Assembly: GCA_026770705.1 (NCBI GenBank)
Contig: JANJGN010000014.1
Location: 123,318,001-123,382,000, forward strand
From: Isurus oxyrinchus
Taxonomy: Eukaryota
Direction: 5' to 3'
DNA length: 64,000 bases
Within the stretch, counting starts at the first letter, position 1, and each line of letters opens with the position of its first letter. This document shows positions 37,961 through 51,100 of the stretch, piece by piece. The notes under the pieces are model-generated. The model was not told the origin of the DNA. It saw only the letters and a list, made by a program, of their open reading frames with translations, and did no database searches. The position numbers and the translations under genes are program-made.

Positions 37961-39838
37961 GTTCTGCTATGTACTGCAGTTTTCTGCCAAAAAAATTTAT
38001 GTTCCTGAAAGTTCTTGATCTATTGTGCATGTATCCAGTCCACTGGCTCTGCGTCACGCAAGATCCTGGAGTATACAAATGTGCTGTTGTAAGAGAAAGT
38101 ATATCTTGACCAATTGTGTTGGCTTTGCATTGAGGGAAGGTCGGAGTGGTGAGGGTTAAATGCCAAAATGTGACTGAAGTAGTTTGTGGATTGTGAGACT
38201 AAACTAATTGGCAGTTATATTCCAGAGGTGATTCTAGAATCTGGGCATTTATGATGTGACTCTGTGATTTAAGGCCACTGAAGTCAATCAAAACATTAAA
38301 AGATGGTGTTAGCTACATGTGAGAATTTTTTTTAAAAAAGCAAAAAAAAACCAAGAACTCTGGATACAGCATCTACTAAAAATGGAAAAGATGATACATT
38401 ATCAGACTAGAAGAATGATATACAGTGATGACTCTACATGTGTTTAAAGACCAAGTCTTAGTTGTTTTCTTGGAGTATTGAACAGTGCAGTATTCTACAG
38501 TAAAACATTGGGATGAATTGGGGGGGAGATATTGAGTGGAGTGCCTCAGGTCTTGGATGAGACATCTAAAATCTTAAGCAAAAAATGGGAGCGGGGGGCA
38601 CTTCATAAGAAGGTACTGAAAATAAACCTGGAAAAATATTTGACAAAACAGAAGGGCAAAAGAGCACAAATTAGGGTTTTGACCAATAGGCTTAGGAACA
38701 TAATTGGGAATTATTTATTTTACTTAGGGTGATCAATAATCAGTTGTTAGGATACATGATCGCAGATGGGACACTGGACCAATGTGGCCATGGGGTGGTA
38801 TTCAGGAAAGATGAAATCCAGTGTAACAAAGTGTCATCTTTATCCAAGCCTAGGTTGCGATCTGATCGATTCCTGGCTCAAGGATGCAGTTGGTTGAACA
38901 GACAGGTTGAAGGGTAGTGGTCTCTGGAGTTTGGCTGAGCATGGCTGACTAGTTTAAGGTGCCCAATTTAAGTTCCAGCCTTTGTGGAGATGTGGGTTTG
39001 AATTTCACCATGGCCGGAATTGTAGCAATTGTTGGAAGCAATTGTTGGTTCTCCTGGCAGTTCAACAAATCTCTTCAGGCAGACAATTGACAGCTGAAAT
39101 TTAGTATGGGGACCTCTGTGGTGTTTCATTTGTTTATGAAAAGGAAAAATGTGTAGGGCTATGGGGAAAAGGCAGGGACTGACACTAGTGAATTGCATCT
39201 TCAGAAGATCAGAGCAAACGTACAGGCCGAATGGCCTCCCCCTGTGTTGTAACCATTCTACGATTGAAGGACTTGTATTCTCTTCTGCAACCTGAGTGAG
39301 TGAAAGAATATTCTGACACTAAATATTGCATTCATCCAGGCACACAATTTGCTGACATAGCCTAAAATGTGCTTTAGTGCTAGTTTGCGCCACTGCAGCT
39401 AAGCTTGTGAAATATGTTTTATCAAAAAAATCCTGGATCCCTTCTTCCTTAATGCTATTTAATGTGATGGTTATAATTTGACAAAAGAAATGAATGACAT
39501 AAGACTACGAAAATCATTTGATACTAAAACCCAATTATGTAGGTGCGAAAAAACGTTTGTAAAACCTCACTTGCACTTACCATACTGAAAGTCTGAAATA
39601 TTTATTATTTGTGTTGTGCAATCTCTGTTGCCCTTGTGTGTTTGTATGGTATTGGCTAAAGTGGATCAACGCTGCTGCTTGCTTTGATGAGGTGTTCTCT
39701 GTTTGCTATTCTGCTTCTATTAATGTTCTGAAATTTTTCTTCAGTAAAGCATGACCAAAAGCCACTCGGAATATGGTTTTCTTTCTCTTTTTTGCCTTTC
39801 TCGTTCTTTCTCTTTCTCTGACCACACTGTGACTGCAG

Positions 39839-39955
39839 TCGATTCTGGGGTTGGAGTGCAGATGGGCTCTCAAAGCATCCCCCCACCCCTTCTCAACCTC
39901 ACTCCATCCCCACAGTTCCTACCCACAAGACCTTCCGGCGTTCTTACTCGCCCAG
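39839..39955 (+). CDS. CLASP1: 117-nt cassette exon (RFWGWSADGLSKHPPTPSQPHSIPTVPTHKTFRRSYSP-S)
   Basis: Long CT-rich tract with tgcag acceptor, gtaact donor. Phase 2/2, so skippable. Matches the mammalian CLASP1 RLWGWSADGLAKHP...RRSYSPS segment as recalled. Confidence 0.92.
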
Positions 39956-40448
39956 GTAACTAACCCCCTATCCACATCTATTCAAAATGCCTTGTGTCAT
40001 CAGGCGACTCTTGTTTTTGGCTTTAGCATGATTTGTTGTATGTTTTGAGTGGCTATAACTTTTGTTTGCTGAAATTCATTGCTTTTTTAATTAATCTTCA
40101 TCTTTCTTTCAAATAATTACAGCTTTGTACTTGTTCATGAATGTGAACCATCACAATTTTGAATGTGTCATCACAGCTGAACATTTTTATTAGCGGTGGG
40201 GTAACTGATCAACAGCAAACCATTTTACTGTACTTGAATAATTACTCTTATCTATTCTGAATAATTGAATGCAATGTCACATGCTGGCACAAGCACGTTG
40301 GGCCGAATGGTCCCCTTCTGTGCTGTATCATTCTATGATTCTGTGTTACCATGTTTGAAGTATTTCAGCCATGTATTCTAAATATATTATGTGCTTTAGA
40401 TTTAGCAGGAATTATAAACAGATTGCTCACTGGCTGTTTTATTTATAG

Positions 40449-40599
40449 CATGTTGGACTATGACACAGAAAACCTTAACTCCGATGAAATTTATAGCTCT
40501 CTTCGTGGGGTCACACAAGCCATCCAGAACTTTAGTTTCCGCAGTCAAGAGGATTTGAATGAACCGATTAAACGGGACGGAAAAAAGGACTGTGATGGT
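40449..40599 (+). CDS. CLASP1: CLASP1 coding exon (MLDYDTENLNSDEIYSSLRG...KKDCDG)
   Basis: tatag acceptor, gtaggt donor. 151 nt, phase 2 to 0. Confidence 0.94.
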
Positions 40600-41857
40600 G
40601 TAGGTATCCTCTTCCTAATTCAACATGAGCTACCCTTTGGTTATCCATGCAGTTGCCTTGATCGGGGAACTGGGGACAGAATAATGACAATATTCATTTA
40701 TTTTTGCCACAATATAGAAACATTAATATACTTTCATTCGGTGCCCTATAACCTGGGTAAGTCAGAAATTCCAGTATCCATATCAACAGAATGCCCTTGA
40801 CCTATAAAGGATTTTTCTTTTGGATGAAGAACAGATGATCCCTTTTAATGTCATTTTACCTTTCCTGCTTGCTGATCTTACGCTGCCAGCAGTGCGCATT
40901 TTTCTATTATGTGTGACACTAATGGAGGAATTACAAAGTTTTTATTAGCCAGGAGGAGTAAACTTTTGAGGTCATTGATTCAATCATAAATGAAGGATTC
41001 CATTCCGATTAACACAGGACAAGAATAGTACACATTGAACACCAGTGGTAAAAACCTGTTGTTTTGTCAGATTTTAAAGCATGTGCAGGATAGTAGAAAC
41101 AGCTCTGAATATTGGAATGAATTTATAGGCTTTTAGTTCATGGTAAGGATTTTTTTTTTTAACAAATATTTCTGATTCTCGAGCCCTTAAGTTCTTTTGT
41201 CCTCCACTAAGAATTTCCTCTGTTTTGACTGTGAATATAAGAGGCAACCGCAAGCATTGAAATTAAATGTTGAATTTCCAGCTAAGTTCAATTAGATTAG
41301 CAGAAACCAGAGACAGATTTATGGTATTCCTAACACACAAGTAGTGTGTTTGTGTATATTGCCCTTGTGATGGGATCTGTATATTGAAAAATAATTTCAA
41401 TGAAAGCATATTTAGTTGCACTAACGTACATGTAACGTAGCAACCTTTCATGTTTTTTGAGTAAAATGCCATTGACTTTTCCAACTGTGAAAGAAATTGG
41501 AAATTTTATTTTAAGCAACACAATTCTAATGGCCATTTCACTTTCTTTTTTAATACATATCTCCTGAAGATAACAATTGATGCAAACTGGCAGTGGATTA
41601 GTGATTAAATGGTATTGTTTCAAACAAATAATCAGCTTGTTTTGTTGATTTTAAATTAAGCCCAGCTAAGTCAAACTACAACATTTTGGAAGACTGAGAG
41701 GAGTTGACTCGAGCTGGATACTTTGTTCTTCCACATCAAGCAATCGGAAGAGAGTGTGGGATAATCTGGTTATCATCCTTCTCTTTCAGAGCTGTATTTT
41801 TGTAATGTGTTAAATTGTTTTCAGAATTTAAAAAAAATCTTTAACATTTTGTTAAAG

Positions 41858-42104
41858 GTATCAAGGGATGGAGGAATTGCATCTCCGTCCTCTGACATTC
41901 GTGGAGGAGGTGAACCTGTGGAAGGAGGAAGAACTGCTCTTGATAACAAAACATCTTTGCTTAACACTCCACCACCACGCTCTTTCTCTGGACCTCGGAC
42001 TAGAGAATACAATCCGTATAATTATTCAGATACAATCAATGTGTTTGACAAGACAGCCCTTAAAGAAGCTATGTTTGATGATGATATGGAACAATTCCGT
42101 GATG
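41858..42104 (+). CDS. CLASP1: CLASP1 coding exon (VSRDGGIASP...DDDMEQFRD)
   Basis: taaag acceptor, gtaaga donor. 247 nt, phase 0 to 1. Confidence 0.95.
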
Positions 42105-43412
42105 GTAAGATTCTTCTGTACAATATCTTAAATAATTTTGGCTTCATGTGGTATAACTTTGTTAGATAGTATGGTAATTAATAGTGACTTAGAGCCACTT
42201 TGTGCAAAGGAATTCCCGAATCTGATATGACTGCTCCTCTGCAGTGGTTGAAATAGCGTATCTAAAATTTATTAATGTATATTTGTTAGCTTAAATAAAT
42301 GACATAGAGCAATTTCTTCCAAAGTGTTTTGTTGAGCTAACAAATTGTTCAATTAATGTTCAACGTCTGCCAGAAAAATGGATCCATGGTTGGTTTGGGC
42401 ATATTCAAAATAGTGAAGCAAAATAACACGTGTACAAGATTGTTTACCTTCAATTTAAAAGCTGCCTTATGTCAAATCAATCAGAGCTCAGCTTTCTTTG
42501 TTCTGCAGCATATGTTTAGAACAAAGCAGCATATATTAAGTTACTAAAATGTATCAAAAATTAAGAGATTTTCAGAGCTAGCATTGCTGCTAGTTTTGAA
42601 TGACTTGCATCCCTTGGAAAAGATTTACATCCCCTCTAGCTATAATGTACACCCTTGTAAGTGCAAAGCCTTCTGCTATTCAAGAGGCCTAGTTAACAGT
42701 GCATCAGTATGCACTGTTTGGTTAATTTATATTGTGTGTGTGGATACTGGCTTACGCGTAACATAAACTGATTTAACAGGGAACTTTTGCCCTAGTAAAG
42801 GATTTAGCTCAGTGTGCTTTGCAGCAGTGTTTAAATTGGGCTTCCAAACACATGTAGTCAGGAAACGAATCTCCCTGATTTTGACAGGCTCTGAATGGAT
42901 AATTCTAAGCTATTATGACTGAATCAATGGCAAGATTGTGATGATGTACACTTCAGTTGAAAATGAGACAGATTCATACATGACATTCGGTTCCAAGAAC
43001 TTTGCTTTAATGTGAGATGAGTTCTAATTACTTTAGATGGTATTCTATAATTCTAATTAAGCAAAATTATGATTTCATTTTAATGTTAGTGGACTGGAGC
43101 CTAATATGAAAAATCCCAGAAGTCCAAAGGTTAATTATTTTCAGTCTTCCTCTTCAGCTATTTTTCTAACCCTCCTTTGATCTCTCCTGGAAATGTTGAT
43201 AGCACAGTGGAACACATTTCCACAGGTGAAAGTATCCTGTTGTATTTTGCCAAACTGTCCATTCTTAAATTTTGACGCTAAACAATTAAGGGCGGGCTAT
43301 TTTATTACTGAGCCAAATCCTGTTGTGACTTGACATCTACCCGGATTGTTCCAGCACTGGGAGATGAACGACAATCAGAAGCATGAACCTAAGTAAATTT
43401 CTCTTTCCCACT

Positions 43413-44362
43413 TGTTACGATGCAGAAGGTGGTATTGGCCAGGCTGACCAAATCCACAAGGGAAACTTAGCCACACTATCACAAAGGTTTTGCAATTTGT
43501 ATTTATTGCGAGAAGATTTGTGCACTGAATTCAGAAGTAATGAATCCACTAACACCTTTAGAGATTTAAAAAATTAAATAAAACGTTTATTAACAAAAGA
43601 AAAGAATAAAACACGTACACAAGATTACAATTACATGGTTATTTAATCCTTAATATTATAATAATTTCCAAAATTCCTAGTTAACCCAACTACATACTTC
43701 CTTTAAGGCAACGGTCCAAAGTAGATTTTAAATTTATATAGACAATCCAGCAAGGTTACCGCAAGCACCCAATTGACAGTGGAATTCCAAAGGCTTTTAA
43801 GACAACTTTGCAGAATTCTGCTGTCCTAGTAACCAAAGTGGCTAGAGGCTTCTCCCAAGTCTGTTTCACACAGTGTGCCTTTCAGATAGTACATGGCCAC
43901 TCCACACAGCCTTCATTCTTCTTTAAATATATTTCTTCCTCTTTAATCTGTAAATCCCATTGTTCTCACATGTCTTTGGAATTTACTTTTCCCATAATAT
44001 AAAAATATTTTATGTTGTCGTTATGGCCAGTACTTTTGGGAAAAATCAACGTAATAACCTGCCTTATTTATCTTATCGGGTGTATATCTCCTATTTATCT
44101 TTGAAAACCAAACACCTCTCCACTTATCTTAAAATGCAAATTTAATTCACACCGTATCTGCTGAGACTTTACCCTAGTTCACTCATTAGCATTTCACATG
44201 CCCTTTTACACCTAACTGCCTTGATAATTTCAATCTTGCGGTCTATCCATCTTTAATTTAATTAAATTAGTCACACAGAGCCATCCACACACACACACAA
44301 ACATAAGCTTATTTTACAATACCCCACAATAATAATGTGAAAAATCTGATAGTTTCGTGACA
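43413..44362 (-). mobile_element. Solo LTR (Gypsy/ERV-like, 4-bp TSD), 950 bp
   Basis: TG...CA ends with inverted termini tgttacga/tcgtgaca; flanks cact/catt; reverse-complement homology to 58953-59908. Confidence 0.8.
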
Positions 44363-44456
44363 CATTTCCTTCAACATTGGGTACCTCTGCGGCTGCTCTG
44401 GATAAGATGGATGAGCTCAGCAGAGTTGGGCCATAGCTGGTGCTTCATAGTTTGTA

Positions 44457-44770
44457 TAGGTGAAGTATCCTTTATCTGAAACCCTCGGTCAGATTGCGTT
44501 TTGGCTTTCAGATCATTTTGGTTTCCGGGTACCACATATGGGCCTATGCCTGCTAAAATTACAATGGTTGCAGCCTAGGCTAGCTCTAGTCTAAATAAAA
44601 TGGCTAGAAAAGTAAGATGTACCATTGAATAATAAATACAGGGTACCTCTAATAAGTTCCTACCTGTGGTGCCACCTGCAATCCTGTTTGTAGGAGAGGA
44701 TTTGTAAGGTAAACAGTGCAGAAAAAAAAAGTGTGGTTTTGGGATTTACAGATAAAGGACACTCGACCTG
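44457..44770. mobile_element. Tc1/mariner Tigger-like MITE
   Basis: TIR taggtgaagtatcctttatctg / cagataaaggacactcgacctg, TA on both flanks. Resembles Tigger4-type TIRs as recalled. Confidence 0.75.
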
Positions 44771-45761
44771 TATAGCTCAGCTACCTGCTGTTTTAACCAG
44801 GTGAGGATTTGGGCAGCTGTGTTTATTTTCTAACAAGTAAGTTTGTAATCTGTTGATGGAAACTCTGGGCACATTTATTTCTTTACTGACAATGTTCAAT
44901 ACATGAGTAATTTCTGTTATCTACTTGGTGCTGCAGCAATTTCTTAGTGAGTGCACTATGTGCTAATAAATGTTTGCTAATTACTTGCAATGTTTGCTAG
45001 TTCAGGTAAGGATGCAATTAATTGTTTATTTAAGCTTTTTGAGTGCTTAATTTCTTTTATAGCCTTCAAATAACATGCCCAGAGCAAGACTAGAAGTGCA
45101 ATATCTTTTTCCACAGAGCAGTGGGTCTATGACTCATAGCTAAAGCTGTGTTGATCAGATCTTTAAAATATTTGGTTACAGAATAGAATTGATTAAATTA
45201 CTTATTGTTAGTTGATTAAATGTTGTGTGGAATATGATGGTTCCTGAGCTGTGACAACCATGAAAATGGGACTGGGAAGGCATCTGATCAAGGAATGAGT
45301 TGGGTGGTATCTACAGTAGAACATATTGTACATGATATGTGGAACAATTCGGTTTTGATGGACTGAATGATTTGATTCGTGATTTCTTTGTGTTCTCATG
45401 TGCAAAAGTACTTGAAGTCTGAAGAGACTGTTGCACTGAATTGGCAACTGACCCAACAAGCTATAGTGCGGGGGTCAATGGATGGATTGGAAAATCAGTG
45501 AAGTGTGCAAATAAGTTGCAATGAATCAGTTCACTGGGAGGACTCGCCACAATGCATAGTGATGGGCATAGGCAGTTTTACATTGAGTTCACTCAAACTG
45601 TGGGGAGTAATTAAGACCAGTGCTAAGACTGACAACTTGCTTTGGAGACATTGGAATGGAATTTTATTTGAAGCATACTCGTAAGTGTTCCAGAATGCAA
45701 TTGCGGTTTCTAGCTAAGAAAGGGAATCCTGGGGAGCCAAAACACTAAAAAGCATCCTTAT

Positions 45762-46990
45762 TGATCATCATTGTCACCTGCCCTTCAATTCGAGGATGAC
45801 GAGGGTTACAAGTTTCTGTCATGGGCGGTCTTGTGACTGAACAGGTAGATTCTTGACTCTCAGATTTTTGAGCACATGGGACAGGACATCCCAGGAGGTA
45901 GTGGGATTCAGCATGTAGGATTTGCTTCATTTTAACATTCCAAGTTGCAAAATTTAAAGTTTTCTTCCTTTGACCACAAAGATGATGATCCCGCAGGATG
46001 TGATTTCCCCAGCCAGGAGAAAGTGGGACTGCCTGTTTTTTTTAAACTTTCCGAACCATAGCTTTATTTGTTGTGTAGGTACACTGGCAGTTTATGCAGT
46101 ACTGGAGGAAGCCATTGTGAAACGTCTGGGCTTCAGGGTGGTGCATTCCTGAGTCAGCGATACACCATCTTCAGGTGCCTCATGCAGCCTATACCAGTTG
46201 CATTTCTTCTCTTGGCCTTAGCACTCCAGTTATACTTCCTCTTTCTCTTGGCAGGGCAGGCACATTTACCGCAGGTCGATTTCTACAGGTGAAATGCTTT
46301 AACCCCACATCGCCGGCAAAGAGTGTGGGTCTTGCTCCACCTCCGACCAAATGACGATGTCCCCTTCATCATTTTCACTGCGTGTTGGAGAGGGCACCTT
46401 TTCTGGCCCCCTCCCCATTTGAGGTGAGCAGAGGGTATCCTGAAGAGGACCGCTCATGTTGCTGCCCGAGGCACCTCTTCCCATCTCAGGTGTCCAATGA
46501 TGTCATTGCATCCATAACCTGTGGGCAGATTCTTGACTAGGGCTCCCAGGTTCACATCCCTGTCATTCTTGCCAATCCTCGATTCACCACAGGACATGGT
46601 AAATGGATTCTGGTAGCAACCTGCGCATGACTTTGTTTAATGTGGGGACCTTGGGATGCCATCTTTGTCCACACGATCTTGACAGGTTGGTGATCAGATT
46701 TTGGTGACTGTTGAACCACAATGAATGGAACCACTTTGCTGCTGCAGCCTTCTTTCACCTTCGTAGCCAATGAACGTGTAGTCTTTTGCCTTTTCTGCCT
46801 TTGAGGCCTTTGGACCTCACTTTGTCTGGCACCTCTTCCTGAAGTTGTTGCCGTGGGTACCCCTACCAGGAGCAAGGAGCACCTGATGACATCGCTCAAG
46901 GGATAGTTGCAGCATGCAAGCCTGTCCACCATGTCAAGGTGGCGATCCACAGAGGATCTGATTGCTTTCTGGAGATCTTAAGGTGATTCT
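45762..46990 (-). mobile_element. Degenerate non-LTR retrotransposon 3' part, probably RTE clade
   Basis: Minus-strand C-terminal remnant CPMCSKI*ESRIYLFSH, followed by a short (GAT)n-like tail. GC-richer than the flanks. Confidence 0.5.
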
Positions 46991-47599
46991 TTGAAGTAGC
47001 AGAACTTATAATGTACATTGAAGGCTCACATCATAAGAAATTGAGGCTTTTTTCTTTTATTAAGAATACTTGGGCACGTTGTGGTCATGAATGAGATTAA
47101 GGAATACTATCAGGTTCAAGGAAAATCTACTAATATTGCTTTCAACTTGGTACCTTGTGACCAGCATGGAAAAAAACAGAAGCCTTGAGATACATGGCCA
47201 CATTTTTATCCAGTTTAATCCAGCTCTGTTACAAGTAAAAGTTAATTGGATTATTTGTTGAATCTATCTCTCTCAGATTAGGAGAGATATGTGGAGTGAA
47301 ATCCCAGGTTCATTCTAGAAGATAGCCCAGCTAGTTTGGATACACAAGTACCAGAACAAATATCCTGACATAACTTTTGGATCCTCAGAATTGCTAAAAA
47401 TGTTTTTATTTATATTGCACTTGTAAAATGTCCCAAGGCATTTGACTACATTAAATGCGCTACATAAAAGTCATAAAAGCAAGTTGTTCAGGACAATCGA
47501 TTCAACTGCATACGCTACCATTATCAAGCTTAAGTACATAAGATTTTCCTGTCCAATTCTGCCACCAGTACAAGCTACGCAGCTTTGGAGCAAGTGAAG

Positions 47600-47960
47600 G
47601 TGTGATTGCTCACCTACAATAATAGTGACAGGGTGGATACTGACAGGATGTTCCTCCTTATGGGAGAGACTAGAAATAGAGGATACAGTTTAAAAATAAG
47701 GGGTCTCCCATTTAAGACTGAGATGAGGAGAATTTCTTTCAGGGAGCCATTCTGTGGAATTTTCTTCCTCAGAGAGCAGAGGAAGCAGGAATATTGAATG
47801 TTTTTAAGACTGAGTTTGACAAAGGAGTCAAAGGTTACAGGGAATAGGCAGGAAAGTAGAGTTGAGGCCGCAATTAGATCAGCCATGATCTTATCAAATA
47901 GTAAAGCAGGCTTGAGGGGCCAAATGGCCTACTCCCACTCCTAATTTGGTACGTATGTTT
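47600..47960 (+). mobile_element. CR1-type LINE 3' tail
   Basis: DRVDTDRMFLLMGETRNRGYSLKIRGLPFKTEMRR. Confidence 0.8.
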
Positions 47961-48184
47961 GAAGTTTGAGGTGCTATGCTGAAGAAAATATATAAAGAGA
48001 ACTTGCCTGTCGCAACCTTAGGAGCCCCAAAGTGCTTCACAGAAAATGAGGTATGTTTTGAAGTGTTGCATTGTTGTAATGTGGGGAACAGAGCAGCCAA
48101 TTTACACACCTGTGCTCCCACAAGCAACAGATGAATGAATGATTACATCTTCTAACTGATGTTTGTTGAGTATTAACTTTTGGC

Positions 48185-51100
48185 TTAGTTGTGCAGGGAG
48201 GGAGGAGAAATGAGAGAGAGCAATAGTGGTAGGGGATTCTATAATTAGTGGAACAGACAGGAGCTTCTCGGCTCACAGACGTGATTCCAGGATGGTATGT
48301 TGCTTCCCTGTCATGAATATCACCGAGCGGCTTCAGAGCATTCTGAAGAGTGAAGGTGCCCAGCCAGAGTTCGTGGTTCACATTGGTACCAGCAATATGG
48401 GTAAAAAAAGGGATAAGATCCTGCAGGCTGAGTTCAGAGAGTTAAGGAAGAAATTAGCAAACAGGATCTCAAAGGTAGTAATCTCCAGATTACTTGCAAG
48501 GCTAAAATTAAAAGGTATTATTTAAATGCAAGGAGTATAGCAAACAAAGCCGATGAGCTGAGGGCATAGATAGATGTGTGGCAGCATGACATCAATGCTA
48601 TAATGGAAACTTGGCTTAAAGAGGGGCAAAAATGGCAGCTCAACATCCCTGGATATAGGGGTTTTCAGGATGTACTAAATGAATCATCAAATGAGGCCAT
48701 ATGGGTTGAGCTCAGGAATAAAAAGAGGGCATAGACCCCCAAATAGTGAGAGAGAGATAGAAGAGCAAATATGTAGGCAAATTTCTGAGTGCAATAGGGC
48801 AAAACAATAGGGTAATAATAGTTGGGGACTTCAACTACCCTAATAACAACTGGATACGAACATAGTAATAGGCGCAGAAGTACAATTCTAAAGCTGGGCA
48901 AGTGGATGAAGTAGCAGTGGGTGACCAGTTTGGAGATAATGACCATAATACAGTTAGATTTAACATAATTTTGGAAAAGGATAACGATACAACAGGAGTA
49001 AATATCTAAATTGGGGAAAGACAAACTTTACAAAGCTGAGAGGTGATTGGTGAAAGTGGACTGGTTACAGCCACTTGAAGGGAAATCAGTGACAGACCAG
49101 TGGGAGGCATTCAAAAGCAAGATTCTACAAGCACAGTGTATGCATGTCCCCACAACGAAAAAGGATGGTATGCCAAATCTAGAGCCTCCTGGTTATCTAG
49201 AAGTATACAAGGTAAAATAAGGCAGAAAAAGAAAGCTTATGACAATCACAAAATACTTAATACTGTAGAAAGCCTAGAGGGTATAGAAAACACAGGGGTG
49301 ATGTAAAAAAGTTAATTAGGAAAGCAAAGAGAGGATATGAAAAAATATTGGCAGGTAAAATCAAAGAAAGCCCAAAAATGTTTTGCCAGTACATTAAAAG
49401 CAAGAGACTAACTAAGGAAATGGTAGGGCCAATCAGAGATGTTTATGGTAACTTGTGCTCTGATGCTGAAGATGTGAGCAGGATTCTCAATGAGTACTTT
49501 GGCTCTTTGTTCACTAAGGAGAGGGATGAAGCAGATATTCTAGCTAAGAGGAGGAGTGTGAAATATTCAATACAATAACCATAGTGAGAGGGGATTTACT
49601 GGAGGGACGGCAAGGGTGTGGGAACCACGAGAAAATATTAGAGAGAGGAATACCAGGGTGTACAAAACACTGTGAGGGACAGATATAACTAGTATGGTGT
49701 ATAGTAAGTTAATAGGTCAAGTCTGGGTGAGGAAGAAAGTAAGAAAATCTAAATTGGCATGAATGTGAATGCACGGAGTGTGGTAAATAAGATTGGGGAG
49801 TTACAGGCGCAGATTGCTATATGGAAGTATGATGTTGTGGCGATAACAGAGACCTGGATCAAGAAAGGGCAGAACTATGTGTTAAGTATTCCTGGGTACA
49901 AGGTGTTCAGAAAAGATAGGAAAGGAGAAGGGGTGGCCATATTGGTTAAGGAGAGCATTGCAGTGCTGGAGAAAGAGAATGTCCCCATGGGTTCAAGGAT
50001 AGAATCAATTTGTCTAGAGCTAAGGAACAAAAAGGGTGCAATTACATTGCTCAGTGTAGTCTATAGACCGCCAACTAGTGAGAAGGATGTAGAAGAGCAA
50101 ATCTGAAGGGGAATTGCAGAGGGATGCAGGCATTATACAGTTGTTATAATGGGGGACTTTAATTGTCTGAATATAGACACGGTCAGTGATCATGTAAAGG
50201 GTGGAGAGGGTCAAAAGTTCTTAGATTGTGTTCAGAAAAATTTTCTACAGCAGTATGTGTCCAATTCAACCAGAAAAGATGCTCTGTTGGGCCTGCTTCT
50301 TGGGCCAAGAAGATCAAGTGTCAGTGGGGGAACATTTAGGAGACAGTAATCACTATTGTATGTTTTACGATGATGATAGAAAATGACGATAGGCAATCCA
50401 GAGTAAGAATAATTAACTGGATGAGAACCAACTTTGGGGCAAGAACGGAGCTGGGCCAGATAGACTGGAACGAAGGATTGGCAGGAAAAACTGCAACTGA
50501 ACAATGGGTTACCTTTTAAAAAAAGGGTTGGTTCGGGCACAGTCAAGGCATATTCCAACGAAAGGGAAAGGTAGGGCAAACAAATCCAGAGCTCCCTGGA
50601 TGAAAAAGGAGATAGAAATTAAGATAAAAAAGAAAAAGTGTACTTATGGCAGGTGTCAGGCAGAAAAATATAACTGAGAACCAAGAGGAATAGGGGAGGT
50701 GAAAAAGCATACTAGAGAAGCGAAGAGGGATTATGCGATAAAACTAGCAGCCAACATAAAGTGGAATCCCAAAGCCTTCTATAGGCATATAAATAGTAAA
50801 AAGGTGGTAAAAGGAGGAATAAGATCATAAGACGTAGGAGCAGAAGCTGGCCATTCAGCCCATCGAGTCTGCTCCGCCATTCAATGACATCATGACTGAC
50901 CTGATAATCCTGAACTCCATTTTCCTGCCTTTTTCACATAACCCCTGATTCCCTTACTGATTAAAAATCTGCCTACCTCAGCCTTGAATATACTTAACGA
51001 CCCAGCCTCTACAGCCCTCTGTGGCAAAGAATTCTGTAGATTGACTACCCTCTGAGAGAAGAAATTCCCGCTCACCTCTGATTTAAATGGGTGCCCCCTT

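Noticed and set aside
40604-41857. Possible U12-type intron (GTATCCTC at 40604; TCTTTAAC about 13 nt before the acceptor)
   Set aside because: Using 40604 shifts the frame by 4 nt with no compensating AG/AC acceptor; the ordinary GTAGGT donor at 40600 keeps the frame.
44465-44473. Perfect U12 donor-like GTATCCTTT
   Set aside because: It is part of the Tigger-like TIR, with no associated exon.
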